A stretch of 47,744 bases of DNA from an uncultured Methanosarcinales archaeon (GTDB lineage: Archaea > Nanobdellota > Nanobdellia > Woesearchaeales > DSVV01), in assembly GCA_964593285.1 (NCBI GenBank), contig CAZQHZ010000011.1, positions 1-47,744 on the forward strand, read 5' to 3'. The translations under genes and the position numbers were made by a program. The notes under the pieces are model-generated. The model had not been told where the DNA came from. It made no database searches and worked only from the letters and a program-made list of their open reading frames with translations. Numbering within the stretch: the first letter of the stretch is position 1; each line of letters starts with the position of its first letter. Shown one piece after another: positions 9,228 through 18,979 of this stretch.

Positions 9228-11375
9228 TTGGTATTTACGATGAAACATATAAAGAAAATAAAAAAAAGTATATTTATGGTATTAATTTTATTTTCTTTTT
9301 TAATATTTTCAATGTTTTCTTTTGCTGATGATTCTTATTCTTTTGATGTTTATGTTATTGATGGATTTGACAATAAACTTGGGGATGTAACAATAAAGTT
9401 AGATAATAATGTTAAAAAAACAAATGTAAATGGTTATACTAGTTTTAAGGATGTTTTTGGTGTTTTTGAATTAGTGGCAAATAAATCAGGATTTAAATCT
9501 GTTAAAAAAACTGTTAGAATTGATGATAATAAAAATTTTACAATAATTTTAGAAAAAGAAAAGTTAGTTGGTGAAAAGTTACCTAAAATAACCATTTCAT
9601 CTTTTAAAAATAATTCTATTTTAGATAATGAAAAATTAAAAGTTAAATTTAATGTAAATTCTAATACAAATATAGATAATTGTAGATTATTAATTTCAGA
9701 AATTGATTTTTTTGGTTTTAAATATTATGATCATGTTGAAAATGTTTTAAGTGATAATTTAGAACTTAATGCAGATTTAGATAATGGTTTATATGATTTT
9801 AAGATTTCTTGTCAAAATAATTTGGGAATTAGTTTTTCAAATTTATATAGGGTAGAAGTGATTAATGTTAAAGACGACAAATTAGTGAAGAAAAATGAGA
9901 ATAATCGAAATAAGGATGATGAAAATGAAATTACTAATACTAATTCTCCAAGCTATTTAAATAAGTATAATAATGCATTAAAAAAAGTAGATGATGCTGT
10001 TTCTTTTTTTGATTCTTTGGATTCAGATGCAAAAAAAATGATTGAAAAATTAGATTATTTTAAAATACTAAAAGATAAAATGGAAGAAATTGAAAAATTA
10101 AAAGAGCAAAGAATTAATTTAGAAAATTTGAAAATTTCAGAATCCTCTTATAAATCTAGAAATGATGAGTTATTAAATTCATTAAATAAAGAATTGAATG
10201 ATTTACCTGTATCCATTGATATAAAACATAAGGATTATTTTGTTGAATCAATAAGTGAAGAGGATACTTTTAATAATGTTTTTAATTATTATGCTAGTAA
10301 ATCAGCTGATTATAGTGAAAAAAAGGTAAGTAGATTAGTTAAAAATATTAGAAAAAATCATGAAAATTTTGTTATATATACTCGTATTACTGTTTTTGAT
10401 GTTTTATTTGCATCTTCTAGTGTTGAAACAATTAATTATGTTGATAAAAGGATTGAATTGGATGAAGAATTTTTAAGTGATGGTTTTTTTGTTGAATTTT
10501 TTAATATGGATGAAAAATTAGATTCAAGTAAAATAATTTCTAATAATCAATATGAATTAGTATCTTCTAATCCATTAATAATTAAATTTTCAATTAATGA
10601 TTTAGATTATTTAGAAAAAAATAATGAAATTAATTTTTTTTATTTTATAAAAGACGATATTGATAATTTTGAATTTGAAAATTTAAATTCTATATTTATT
10701 TTAAATGAGGATAATTCTAGAAATTTAATTACTGGTTTAAATATATTTGATTCAAATATAGTTAGTTATAATAATTGGTCTTATTTTATTTTATTTTTCA
10801 TTCTTTCATCATTTATTGTAGGTTTTTTTTATTTAAAAAATACTAATCTTCAAATTAATAGTTTTAGCAAAAATTTAGTTTTTTCAAAAAATAATAATCT
10901 TGGAAATAATATGGGATGTGTTCATTTAATTGAAAAAGCAATAGATTTAATAAAAAATAATGATAGTTTTGGTGCAATAAAATTATATCCTTTAATAATT
11001 CAATCATATGAAAATTTAGGTGTTAGAAGTAAAAATGAAATTAAACCAATTATTAGTTATTTATCTGGATTAGTTGATTTAGATTATTTATCATCAAAAA
11101 TAGATGTTGCTTTAAATTTGATTAATCATGGGCAATATGATTCAAAAGATAAATTGTTTATTGAAATAGAAGATGTATATTCAACACTTCCAACTAATTT
11201 AGCATTGAAAATAAATGAAAAATATTCATATTATTTGAAAATGATTGATTTATTGAATCTTAGAAAACGAGAAGAAATGCGAAATTTAAAAGAAAGTTAT
11301 GATAATAATTTAAAATATGGTAAGAAATTACAAGATGACAATATCGCTATCAATGATTTAATTTATGGAAAATAA
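9228..11375 (+). CDS. Large membrane-anchored surface protein (N-terminal beta-sandwich/carboxypeptidase-regulatory-like domain, coiled coil, TM helix, cytoplasmic helical tail)
   Basis: Signal peptide; KTNVNGY...ANKSGF motif; single TM helix near residue 520; start may be ATG 9240. Confidence 0.6.
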   Translation: MVFTMKHIKKIKKSIFMVLILFSFLIFSMFSFADDSYSFDVYVIDGFDNKLGDVTIKLDNNVKKTNVNGYTSFKDVFGVFELVANKSGFKSVKKTVRIDDNKNFTIILEKEKLVGEKLPKITISSFKNNSILDNEKLKVKFNVNSNTNIDNCRLLISEIDFFGFKYYDHVENVLSDNLELNADLDNGLYDFKISCQNNLGISFSNLYRVEVINVKDDKLVKKNENNRNKDDENEITNTNSPSYLNKYNNALKKVDDAVSFFDSLDSDAKKMIEKLDYFKILKDKMEEIEKLKEQRINLENLKISESSYKSRNDELLNSLNKELNDLPVSIDIKHKDYFVESISEEDTFNNVFNYYASKSADYSEKKVSRLVKNIRKNHENFVIYTRITVFDVLFASSSVETINYVDKRIELDEEFLSDGFFVEFFNMDEKLDSSKIISNNQYELVSSNPLIIKFSINDLDYLEKNNEINFFYFIKDDIDNFEFENLNSIFILNEDNSRNLITGLNIFDSNIVSYNNWSYFILFFILSSFIVGFFYLKNTNLQINSFSKNLVFSKNNNLGNNMGCVHLIEKAIDLIKNNDSFGAIKLYPLIIQSYENLGVRSKNEIKPIISYLSGLVDLDYLSSKIDVALNLINHGQYDSKDKLFIEIEDVYSTLPTNLALKINEKYSYYLKMIDLLNLRKREEMRNLKESYDNNLKYGKKLQDDNIAINDLIYGK

Positions 11376-11536
11376 ATTTTGTTATAGATATCAATTAATA
11401 ATTACTTTATAATAATAAACAATTTATTTAAATATATAAATAAAATAGTTAGTATATTTTATAAATATATATTATTACATATTATTATATAGAATTATTT
11501 TTTAATTTTAAAAAATTAAGAGGAATGGATTTTTAA

Positions 11537-14224
11537 ATGAATTTTAAATTATTATGGATTTTTGTATTATCTTTTATTCTATTTAGTAATTTTTGTTTTT
11601 CAATTGAGGTTATGGGTGGTGAAATTTTCTTGATTAGGCCTAATAATAAGTTTATTGATTATGATTATATTCCATATGAATATGTTTCACTTGAAGATTT
11701 ATTTTTTTATACTTGTATTGAAGAGACAAATGTTCCTGTTAGATCTAGTGTTTTATGTTTAGATGATACAAGTTTTCATGATATTGAATTATATAAATGG
11801 GGTAATAGTGGTAATTGTTATCTTGGTGCGTTTGATTTTAATAAAAAAGAGTGTAGGAATGCTGTTATTGAAACTGAATATGTGAAAGATGATGAAGTAA
11901 TAACCATTTCAAAAGATATAAAAGTTAATCGTTTTTCATCAATATTAGAAGTAGTTTTAGATCAACAGTTTAGTGATGGTGGATGGCGTGATCCTATTGA
12001 AACGGCTTCTGGAATTTGGGTTTTGAGTAATTATAAAGATATTTTTAAGGATGAAATTTTACTTGCAAATGAATGGTTGAAATTATATAGGAATAATGAT
12101 TTAAAATGCTGGCCAGATAAGAGTTGTAGTACTCTTGATACAGCTAGAATTTTAGCATATTTAACTCTTGGAAACGTTAGTGATGAACTTCGAGTAATGC
12201 ATGATGGGAATGTTTTTTTAAAAAAAAAGCAAAGTTATTATGAAGAGGGTGAAAAGTGGAATTTAACGATTAATCCTTTTGATAGAGGAGATACAAATTG
12301 TCTTATAACTTATGATAAAAATCATTTAAATGATGAAGAATTTATAATAAATGAAAATGAAACACAAACTTATACAATCGATGCATTTCCAACAGAAAAA
12401 TTAATAGTAATTTGTGATAGAAATATAAGGGCTACACTTAAAACTTATCTTGATGAAACAACTTTTGTTTACGAAGGAGATAATCTTTCATATAGTATGC
12501 CTTATGCATGTTGGTCAGAAGATTCAAAATGGGGTCCTTGTGATTTAAAAACTACGCTATATGCATTAATGACAAATATTGATGATGAAAGAAAAGATGC
12601 GGCAATGAAATATGTTGAAAGTTTGAGAGTTAGTGGTCATGGAAGTGAATCTTTTATAAAAAGTGAAGATCATATTATTGAAACAGCACTTTATTCTTAT
12701 ATAATAGGAAAATATGAATTTAATGATTATGAAAATGAAGATTTGATTGCATGGCTTAGATTTCGACAAAATAATGATGGTAGCTGGGGCAAGGAATTAC
12801 ATGATAATGAAATTAAATCAACTGCTTTTTCAATTTTATCATTTTTAGAGAATGATTTTTCAAGAAATAATCAGGTAATTAAAGATGGTGAATATTGGGT
12901 AAATGAAGAGGAAATAAAAATTTCTCTAAATAAAACCGAAGAATATTTGGGTTGGAATTCAACAGAAAAAAATGCTTTAGCATTTACTGTTTTAAAAAAT
13001 AATGCAAGACCTCTTTTAAAATCTTCGCCTATGATTTTAATTTTGGATAAAAATGAAATAGAATTTGATATTTTTAATCCAACTGTTTTTCCATTAAATG
13101 ATGTATCTTATGAATTTTCAAGTGAATTAGAGGATTTAGTTGAACTTGTAAATTCAAAAGATCAAATACGTGCGTATTCATATGTAAAATTAAATATTAA
13201 AAGGACTAAGACAGATGCTGGAAATATTTTTGGTTTTTTTAAAATATTTAATGATGATCAAGAAATTGCAAGAATTCCTGTTTTGATGGTAAATTATCCT
13301 ACTATTGAAATTAATCAAAAACAAGATTCATTAACTATTTTTGGTACTTCTTCTAAAATTGAATTTGATGTTACTAAAACAAAACATGATTTTGATTGTA
13401 CTTTAAATTGGGATAGTGATGAAATTAAATCAAAAGATGAATTTAAAATAAATTCAAATTCTTTTTTTGTTGATATTAATTTTGATAATGCAATTAAAAG
13501 TGATGATACATATAAAGGTACTTTTGTTTGTCATGCTGAAAATGAAAAATTTACTATTCCTTTTACTATAGATATAAAAAGATATCCTGCTTTTCCATTT
13601 AGTTTATCTACTGAAAATATAATCATTAATGATTCTGTAAAAAACCCTACATTTACTATAAAAAATGAAATTGATGAAAGTATAAATGTAAATATTAAGT
13701 TTTCAAAAGATGATGATTATTTTGATTTAAGTGTTTATTCAAAAGTGATTGCTCCATATGAAGAGTTAAATGTTACAATTTTTAATAATGTTCCTTTGGA
13801 TATAAATCATACACAAACAAATACCATTATTGTTGAAGCACTTTCAGAGTCAAAAACAATTAATTTTAATACTTTTGTTACTGATTTACGTTCTAAAAAT
13901 CAAAGCAGTATTTTGTATATTATTTTGTTTTTATTAATTATTTTAATTGGTGTTTTTGCTTATTTTGCTTATTTTTATAAAGATAGATTAATTGCTTTGT
14001 TTAAAAAAGAAAAAAATGTTGATAAAATTAAAATGAGAATTAAAAAATTAGAAGAAAGAGAGAAAAAAACAGCAATTAATAATATGATTACTATAATGAG
14101 AATGTTAAATAAAGATGAAAAACAAATTAGGTCAAGATTGAGTGAAGAAGGTTTTTTAGATGAAGAAATAAATAAGGCATTTGAAACTGAAATGGAATCT
14201 GAAGATGAAGAAGAAAAAAAATAA
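11537..14224 (+). CDS. Large secreted/membrane-anchored protein with prenyltransferase/squalene-cyclase-like (QW) alpha-barrel repeats and Ig-like domains
   Basis: Signal peptide; QQFSDGGW and WLRFRQNNDGSWG repeats; C-terminal TM helix and charged tail. Confidence 0.65.
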   Translation: MNFKLLWIFVLSFILFSNFCFSIEVMGGEIFLIRPNNKFIDYDYIPYEYVSLEDLFFYTCIEETNVPVRSSVLCLDDTSFHDIELYKWGNSGNCYLGAFDFNKKECRNAVIETEYVKDDEVITISKDIKVNRFSSILEVVLDQQFSDGGWRDPIETASGIWVLSNYKDIFKDEILLANEWLKLYRNNDLKCWPDKSCSTLDTARILAYLTLGNVSDELRVMHDGNVFLKKKQSYYEEGEKWNLTINPFDRGDTNCLITYDKNHLNDEEFIINENETQTYTIDAFPTEKLIVICDRNIRATLKTYLDETTFVYEGDNLSYSMPYACWSEDSKWGPCDLKTTLYALMTNIDDERKDAAMKYVESLRVSGHGSESFIKSEDHIIETALYSYIIGKYEFNDYENEDLIAWLRFRQNNDGSWGKELHDNEIKSTAFSILSFLENDFSRNNQVIKDGEYWVNEEEIKISLNKTEEYLGWNSTEKNALAFTVLKNNARPLLKSSPMILILDKNEIEFDIFNPTVFPLNDVSYEFSSELEDLVELVNSKDQIRAYSYVKLNIKRTKTDAGNIFGFFKIFNDDQEIARIPVLMVNYPTIEINQKQDSLTIFGTSSKIEFDVTKTKHDFDCTLNWDSDEIKSKDEFKINSNSFFVDINFDNAIKSDDTYKGTFVCHAENEKFTIPFTIDIKRYPAFPFSLSTENIIINDSVKNPTFTIKNEIDESINVNIKFSKDDDYFDLSVYSKVIAPYEELNVTIFNNVPLDINHTQTNTIIVEALSESKTINFNTFVTDLRSKNQSSILYIILFLLIILIGVFAYFAYFYKDRLIALFKKEKNVDKIKMRIKKLEEREKKTAINNMITIMRMLNKDEKQIRSRLSEEGFLDEEINKAFETEMESEDEEEKK

Positions 14225-14942
14225 AAAATCACAAGTAACTTTTTTTATAATTTTAGGTATTATGATTTTATTTATTTTTGTTATTTTATTTACTTATATT
14301 TCTTCATTTTCAGATATAAACATATTTAAAAAATCACCTGTTGGTATTTATGTTGAGGAATGTTTATTCTTAACAACTTCAAGAGCTTTAACTTTGCTAG
14401 GTATTCAGGGTGGTTATATTAATCCAGATCCATATTATAATTTTTCAAACATTTCAATTGATATTGCATATCATGAAGATACTAATTCTCTTGTAAAAAT
14501 TGATGAATTTGAAGATGAATTAAAATTTTTTATTGATAATTATTTAAATGATTGTTTAAATGATTTTGATCATTTTGTAAATTTAGGCTATAATTTTGAA
14601 CTTGGTAAGCCTAATTCAAAAATTATAATTACTAATAAAAATATTATTGTAGATTTAAATTATAAAATTAGTTATTATTTAGATGATAACACAAAAAAAT
14701 ATAGGATTGAAGATTTTAGAACAACTGTTCCTATAAGGATAAATAAGATTTTAGATGCTGGAAATGAAATTATTGAAATTAATAAAAATAATAATGGATA
14801 TATAAACATGACCCATCTTACAGAGTTGGATTTTAATGTTGATGTTATCACTGAAGATAATGTTCATATATATGTAATTGAAGATGAAAAATCTATTATT
14901 TTTTTTAATCCTTATAAATTTTTTTTCGTATTTGTTAATTAG
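14205..14942 (+). CDS. Class III signal peptide (archaeal pilin-like) protein
   Basis: MKKKKNKKSQ followed by VTFFIILGIMILF; YVEECL...LGIQGGY; overlaps the stop of the upstream gene. Confidence 0.7.
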   Translation: MKKKKNKKSQVTFFIILGIMILFIFVILFTYISSFSDINIFKKSPVGIYVEECLFLTTSRALTLLGIQGGYINPDPYYNFSNISIDIAYHEDTNSLVKIDEFEDELKFFIDNYLNDCLNDFDHFVNLGYNFELGKPNSKIIITNKNIIVDLNYKISYYLDDNTKKYRIEDFRTTVPIRINKILDAGNEIIEINKNNNGYINMTHLTELDFNVDVITEDNVHIYVIEDEKSIIFFNPYKFFFVFVN

Positions 14943-15419
14943 TTAAATATACCCTTTTTTTATATATTGAATTAATGTTGTAATTAAATATCCAATTACT
15001 CCAATATATATTAAATAATTATTGTAAAATAGAATTATTCCATATAAAATTATTGTGGTTTGAATTAATATATAGCATGAATGGTATATTCCACCTAAAT
15101 TTAATTTATCTTTTTTTGGTTTAGACCAATCTAAATAATTTGCATTTATTTGGTATTTTACATAAATTAATGTAAATATTATTGATAAAAATATGCTTAT
15201 GATTAAATAGTTGTAATTTATTATATGATTTATTTTTATTATTAATTCTACAAAAATTGCATTAAATACTGGTAAAAATATTAAATCACCATATTTATCG
15301 TTTATTTGTGTTGGATATTTTTTTAAATTTGATTTTTTGTAAATAACATGTGAAAAAAACCAAAACATACCGGGTCCTAGTAAAATTGTTATAAAAAAAG
15401 TAATTATTGGATATATCAT
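14943..15419 (-). CDS. Hypothetical integral membrane protein
   Basis: About 5 hydrophobic segments. Confidence 0.6.
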   Translation of the reverse strand: MIYPIITFFITILLGPGMFWFFSHVIYKKSNLKKYPTQINDKYGDLIFLPVFNAIFVELIIKINHIINYNYLIISIFLSIIFTLIYVKYQINANYLDWSKPKKDKLNLGGIYHSCYILIQTTIILYGIILFYNNYLIYIGVIGYLITTLIQYIKKGYI

Positions 15420-15530
15420 TTATTTTATTTAAATTAATATATATAAAAAAGTTATCTTATTTATTTTTATAATTATAGTTTTTTTATTTTCCACAAGATA
15501 TAAAAAATTGAAGTATTTTTAGTTAATAAG

Positions 15531-15803
15531 ATGAAAAAGCTTACTGATTATAAAATTTTAACTATACATTGTAAATGTGGAGAAAAATTAGTGCAATATA
15601 AAAAAGGGCCTGGAAGACGTTTGCTTAAAATTCATAGAGATAGAATAACAAAAGATTTTACAGGTATTTTTTTAAATGATTATTCGTCATTAAATACAGA
15701 CATATTATGTCCTAATTGCAGAAAAAGAATTGCAACTGTTAAATGCATTAAAGGAAAATATGTAAATAAACTAAATCAAGGTCAGATTGGTGAAATTAAA
15801 TAA
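15531..15803 (+). CDS. Small basic zinc-ribbon protein
   Basis: CKCG and CPNC motifs. Confidence 0.7.
   Translation: MKKLTDYKILTIHCKCGEKLVQYKKGPGRRLLKIHRDRITKDFTGIFLNDYSSLNTDILCPNCRKRIATVKCIKGKYVNKLNQGQIGEIK
15724..15803 (+). repeat. 80-bp direct repeat, copy 1 (3' end of the zinc-ribbon gene)
   Basis: Identical to 17193-17272. Confidence 0.95.
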
Positions 15804-15827
15804 TAATGAATTTGAAAATATAATTGG

Positions 15828-16613
15828 TTAAATTATTTTTTTTAATTCTTCTTTAAATGATTTTAAATTAAAATGTCTTGCAAGTGTTTTTATGACTTCT
15901 TTGTACTCAATTTCATTAGAAAGTAATGGTAGCATATCTTCTTGCCATCTTTTATGAAGTTTTTTAGCTTTATTAAACATTTTTATAATATCAAAATCAT
16001 ATCCTGATAATTTACATTTTTCTTTTGCTAATTTTAAATCTAATTTTTGGTTTGATTTAATTATCATATATATATCAAAATGATCTCTTGGTTTATTTCG
16101 CCCTATTGTTGCAGCAAGTTTTTCTGCAAACATTTCTTTTTTTGAAAGGGTATTTACATAAAAATTGGGAATAAATTCATTATAAAAATGAGAAACATTA
16201 TGAATTTTGGGTTTTTCTAAAAGTTTTGATCTTTTATTAAGGTCTATAAATATTGTATCTTGTTTATCATCAAAATTTGTATAATGAAATATAAGTCTTA
16301 TAAAACCTTCAACATTTTTATCTTCTCTAACATGTTTAAAAAAGTTTGAGTTAAGTAATATTTTTGTAATTTCTTTTTTAAGTTCATCTATGTTTCTTGT
16401 AATAGTATAATCTATATCTTCACTTAATCTTGAATAATTAAGAAACAATTTTTGAAGTGCAGTTCCTCCTTTAAAATAAATTCCTTTAACATCTTTTAGC
16501 AGATAAAGAATTATTGTTATATAATAATCTTTAGCTAACATATTTCTATTAAATGTATATTGTGATGAGATATGAGTAAATTCGTCATTAGTTAATCTTT
16601 TGATTTTATCCAT
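15828..16613 (-). CDS. abiEii: AbiEii/AbiGii nucleotidyltransferase toxin (type IV TA)
   Basis: KDY, FKGGTAL, RLSEDIDY, AEKL and RNKPRDHFD motifs. Confidence 0.9.
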   Translation of the reverse strand: MDKIKRLTNDEFTHISSQYTFNRNMLAKDYYITIILYLLKDVKGIYFKGGTALQKLFLNYSRLSEDIDYTITRNIDELKKEITKILLNSNFFKHVREDKNVEGFIRLIFHYTNFDDKQDTIFIDLNKRSKLLEKPKIHNVSHFYNEFIPNFYVNTLSKKEMFAEKLAATIGRNKPRDHFDIYMIIKSNQKLDLKLAKEKCKLSGYDFDIIKMFNKAKKLHKRWQEDMLPLLSNEIEYKEVIKTLARHFNLKSFKEELKKII

Positions 16614-17092
16614 TTTTTTATATATTCTTTAGGAAATATCTTAAAAGAATGACCTTTTATTTTTTCAGTTATAAAATTGTTTACTTTATTTTTAGTTGAT
16701 CTATGGAATATGAATCTGTTGTTAAGAATTATAAATTTACCTTGTTTTTTTGTTGTCCATATATCTATTTGCATGGGTATTTGATTTGTAAGTTTGTAGT
16801 AATTTGCTGCAGCCCATCCACCAATAACATAGTCTTTGCTATTAAGTATTTCATCTGCAATTATGAATGGGTGTTCAGTCCATTTCCCTGATTTTGCTTT
16901 AATTGGTATTAGGTAATATTTATTTTTATTGAGCTTAATAATACGCTTTTTTTGTATAAGATTTTTTATAATGTTATATCTTTGAGTTTTATTTTCTGTA
17001 AATTTTTCAATATTTTCTGTTTTGAAAAAATAATTTTGATTAAATTCAAGACTAGATATAATTTCAATTTCTTTTTTTGAAAGTCCTTTCAT
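16592..17092 (-). CDS. abiEi: AbiEi-family antitoxin/transcriptional regulator (type IV TA)
   Basis: N-terminal wHTH; YVIGGWAAANYYKLTNQIP motif; overlaps the toxin start. Confidence 0.85.
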   Translation of the reverse strand: MKGLSKKEIEIISSLEFNQNYFFKTENIEKFTENKTQRYNIIKNLIQKKRIIKLNKNKYYLIPIKAKSGKWTEHPFIIADEILNSKDYVIGGWAAANYYKLTNQIPMQIDIWTTKKQGKFIILNNRFIFHRSTKNKVNNFITEKIKGHSFKIFPKEYIKKWIKSKD

Positions 17093-17103
17093 TTTAACAT
17101 CAG

Positions 17104-17139
17104 TTAGTAATATTGTTACTAATAAATGTTAGTAATATT
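17104..17139. promoter_or_regulatory. Probable AbiEi autoregulatory operator
   Basis: TTAGTAA-N5-TTACTAA palindrome (17104-17122) plus a third half-site GTTAGTAATATT (17128-17139) just upstream of the abiEi start. Confidence 0.55.
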
Positions 17140-17192
17140 TAAATGTTTTGTTTAGTGAATTAAATACACTTTATTATATCTTAAATACAAAG

Positions 17193-17272
17193 AAAGAATT
17201 GCAACTGTTAAATGCATTAAAGGAAAATATGTAAATAAACTAAATCAAGGTCAGATTGGTGAAATTAAATAA
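17193..17272 (+). repeat. 80-bp direct repeat, copy 2 (orphan 3' fragment of the zinc-ribbon gene)
   Basis: Identical to 15724-15803. Confidence 0.95.
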
Positions 17273-17333
17273 AATTATAAAAAATATATGTTTTTTAAAG
17301 TTAAATTATCTTCTTTAATCCTTTAAATTCTCA

Positions 17334-17398
17334 GAAAAAAAATTTGTAGCAGTGCCAAAAGTTAGGATATTTTGTTCATTGTAGTAGTTCAAAGTTAT
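17334..17398 (+). repeat. Diverged ~65-bp direct repeat, copy 1
   Basis: 53/65 identity to 18014-18077 by manual alignment. Confidence 0.75.
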
Positions 17399-17470
17399 TA
17401 TTGATTGTACATTTTTTTTTAATTTATAAATTTTAAAAAACATGTTTTAAATCGTGACAATAACAGAAAT

Positions 17471-17719
17471 TTAATATTTATGTCCAAAAACAATTTTTTC
17501 AAGGTATAATTCTTTTTTATCAGTGTCATAAGAAAAAATGATACGAAGTTTTTTTATACGAATTCTACAACTACCTGTTAAATCGTAATGAAGTTTTTTA
17601 TATCTTTCTGGATTTTTAGATACTTCTTCAATTTTTGTTTTTATACTTTTCTTAAGAGAATCTTCTAGCTTTTTAAAATCTTTAGAAAATTCTTTTGTTG
17701 GAAGAATCTTATAATTCAT
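17471..17719 (-). CDS. relE: RelE/ParE family type II toxin
   Basis: YKI..TKEF.KDFKKL...RIRIKKLRIIF...IVFGHK pattern; start at ATG 17719 overlaps the antitoxin stop. Confidence 0.85.
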   Translation of the reverse strand: MNYKILPTKEFSKDFKKLEDSLKKSIKTKIEEVSKNPERYKKLHYDLTGSCRIRIKKLRIIFSYDTDKKELYLEKIVFGHKY

Positions 17720-17885
17720 TCCAATCATCAAATTCTCGTTTTTTTATATTTTTCTTTGCATTTTTGTATGATTTCATAAATTTAGGGTCGCTCATTAATT
17801 CTAAAGATTCGACAATAGAATCAAATTCTTCTTTTACTTTTAATAAATCTATTATTGCATCCTTTCTTATTTTAATTGCTTCCAT
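17709..17885 (-). CDS. Cognate antitoxin, 58 aa (not in the ORF track)
   Basis: Translates MEAIKIRKDAIIDLLKVKEEFDSIVESLELMSDPKFMKSYKNAKKNIKKREFDDWNEL; ESLELMSDP motif typical of RelB/YefM-type C-termini; lies upstream of and overlaps relE. Confidence 0.8.
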   Translation of the reverse strand: MEAIKIRKDAIIDLLKVKEEFDSIVESLELMSDPKFMKSYKNAKKNIKKREFDDWNEL

Positions 17886-18013
17886 ATAAATAATGTAGAG
17901 TATAAATCTTAATAAATGTTTCTAAAAATAATTTAAAGATCTTGCAATGTATTAATTTTATAAGATTTAAAAATTATTTTTTAATAAATTTTAAAATTTT
18001 TAAAGGGCTTTGG

Positions 18014-18077
18014 GAAAAAAGATTTACAGGAATGTCAAAAGTTAAGATATTTTATCCTTGTAGTGGCTCAAAGTTAT
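18014..18077 (+). repeat. Diverged ~65-bp direct repeat, copy 2
   Basis: 53/65 identity to 17334-17398. Confidence 0.75.
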
Positions 18078-18197
18078 ATAGGGAAGATGTTATTTTTTGC
18101 TTTACCTATTAGTTTACCTTCAGTATTAGTAAACTAAATAAAAGTAGAATAAATATTAATTATAATCAATATACATTTATATATTTAATTATATAAA

Positions 18198-18731
18198 TCA
18201 TTTCTCAAGCAATATTTTTTTATTGCCTGAATATAGTCCCATGTGGCTCATTTGTTCATATTGATTTTCTGTTAAAGAAAGTGTAGTTAATGAAAATTTG
18301 TATTTTTCTTTAATATCTGCACATATATGTTTAATAAATCCTGGATCTAAATCTTCGCCAATTAATAAGACATTTGCTTTATCTGGATGTTCTTTTCCAT
18401 GTAGTATTACTGATTTTAAGTTTGGTAGTTCTTTTATCTGTTCAATAAAAATATCAAGGATTCTTTTGTCAACTTTAAATATGTTTGATAAAATTGCTGT
18501 TTTTTTGTTTTCAATTATATAATATAATTTAATTCTGCTTATTTTTTCAACAGTTATTAATTCTAGTTTTTCTAATTTATTTAATATTCTTAAAGTTGTA
18601 GCAATTGGAATTTTAGATAATTCTGACAATTCTTGTAAATAGTATTTTTTTGATTTTTCTCTAAATAGTATTTTTAAGATGGCAATTATTTTTTTGTCAA
18701 ATAAATCTTCAAAAATTTTTATTTCATCCAT
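18198..18731 (-). CDS. Winged-helix protein with a degenerate minimal nucleotidyltransferase-like domain
   Basis: YYLQELSELSKIPIATTLRILNKL HTH; VILHG....DKANVLLIG where MNTs have LFGS...SDID. Confidence 0.65.
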   Translation of the reverse strand: MDEIKIFEDLFDKKIIAILKILFREKSKKYYLQELSELSKIPIATTLRILNKLEKLELITVEKISRIKLYYIIENKKTAILSNIFKVDKRILDIFIEQIKELPNLKSVILHGKEHPDKANVLLIGEDLDPGFIKHICADIKEKYKFSLTTLSLTENQYEQMSHMGLYSGNKKILLEK

Positions 18732-18979
18732 ATTAAATGTTGAAATTGAACTAATATTTATAACTTTTCATTTTTGGAACTAAATTCCAAAAATAATATT
18801 CAATTTCAAAAATGATAGTAAAAAATTATTGTTGTATTTTACAGCTTATATTCGATTTTTTTATTTTTAAAAAAAATTAGAATTATATTAATAATTGTTA
18901 TGGATTTTATAATATGGTTAATTAATAGTTAGAAATTAATAAAAAAATTTAAGAAATGCTAAAAGAAAATGTTAAAAAA

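Noticed and set aside
11537..14224. Squalene-hopene cyclase call
   Set aside because: QW-like repeats are present, but no DXDD catalytic motif is evident in the barrel region and the protein is secreted and membrane-anchored
15724..18077. Autonomous transposon or provirus
   Set aside because: No transposase, integrase or viral genes in the window; reported only as repeat-flanked cassettes
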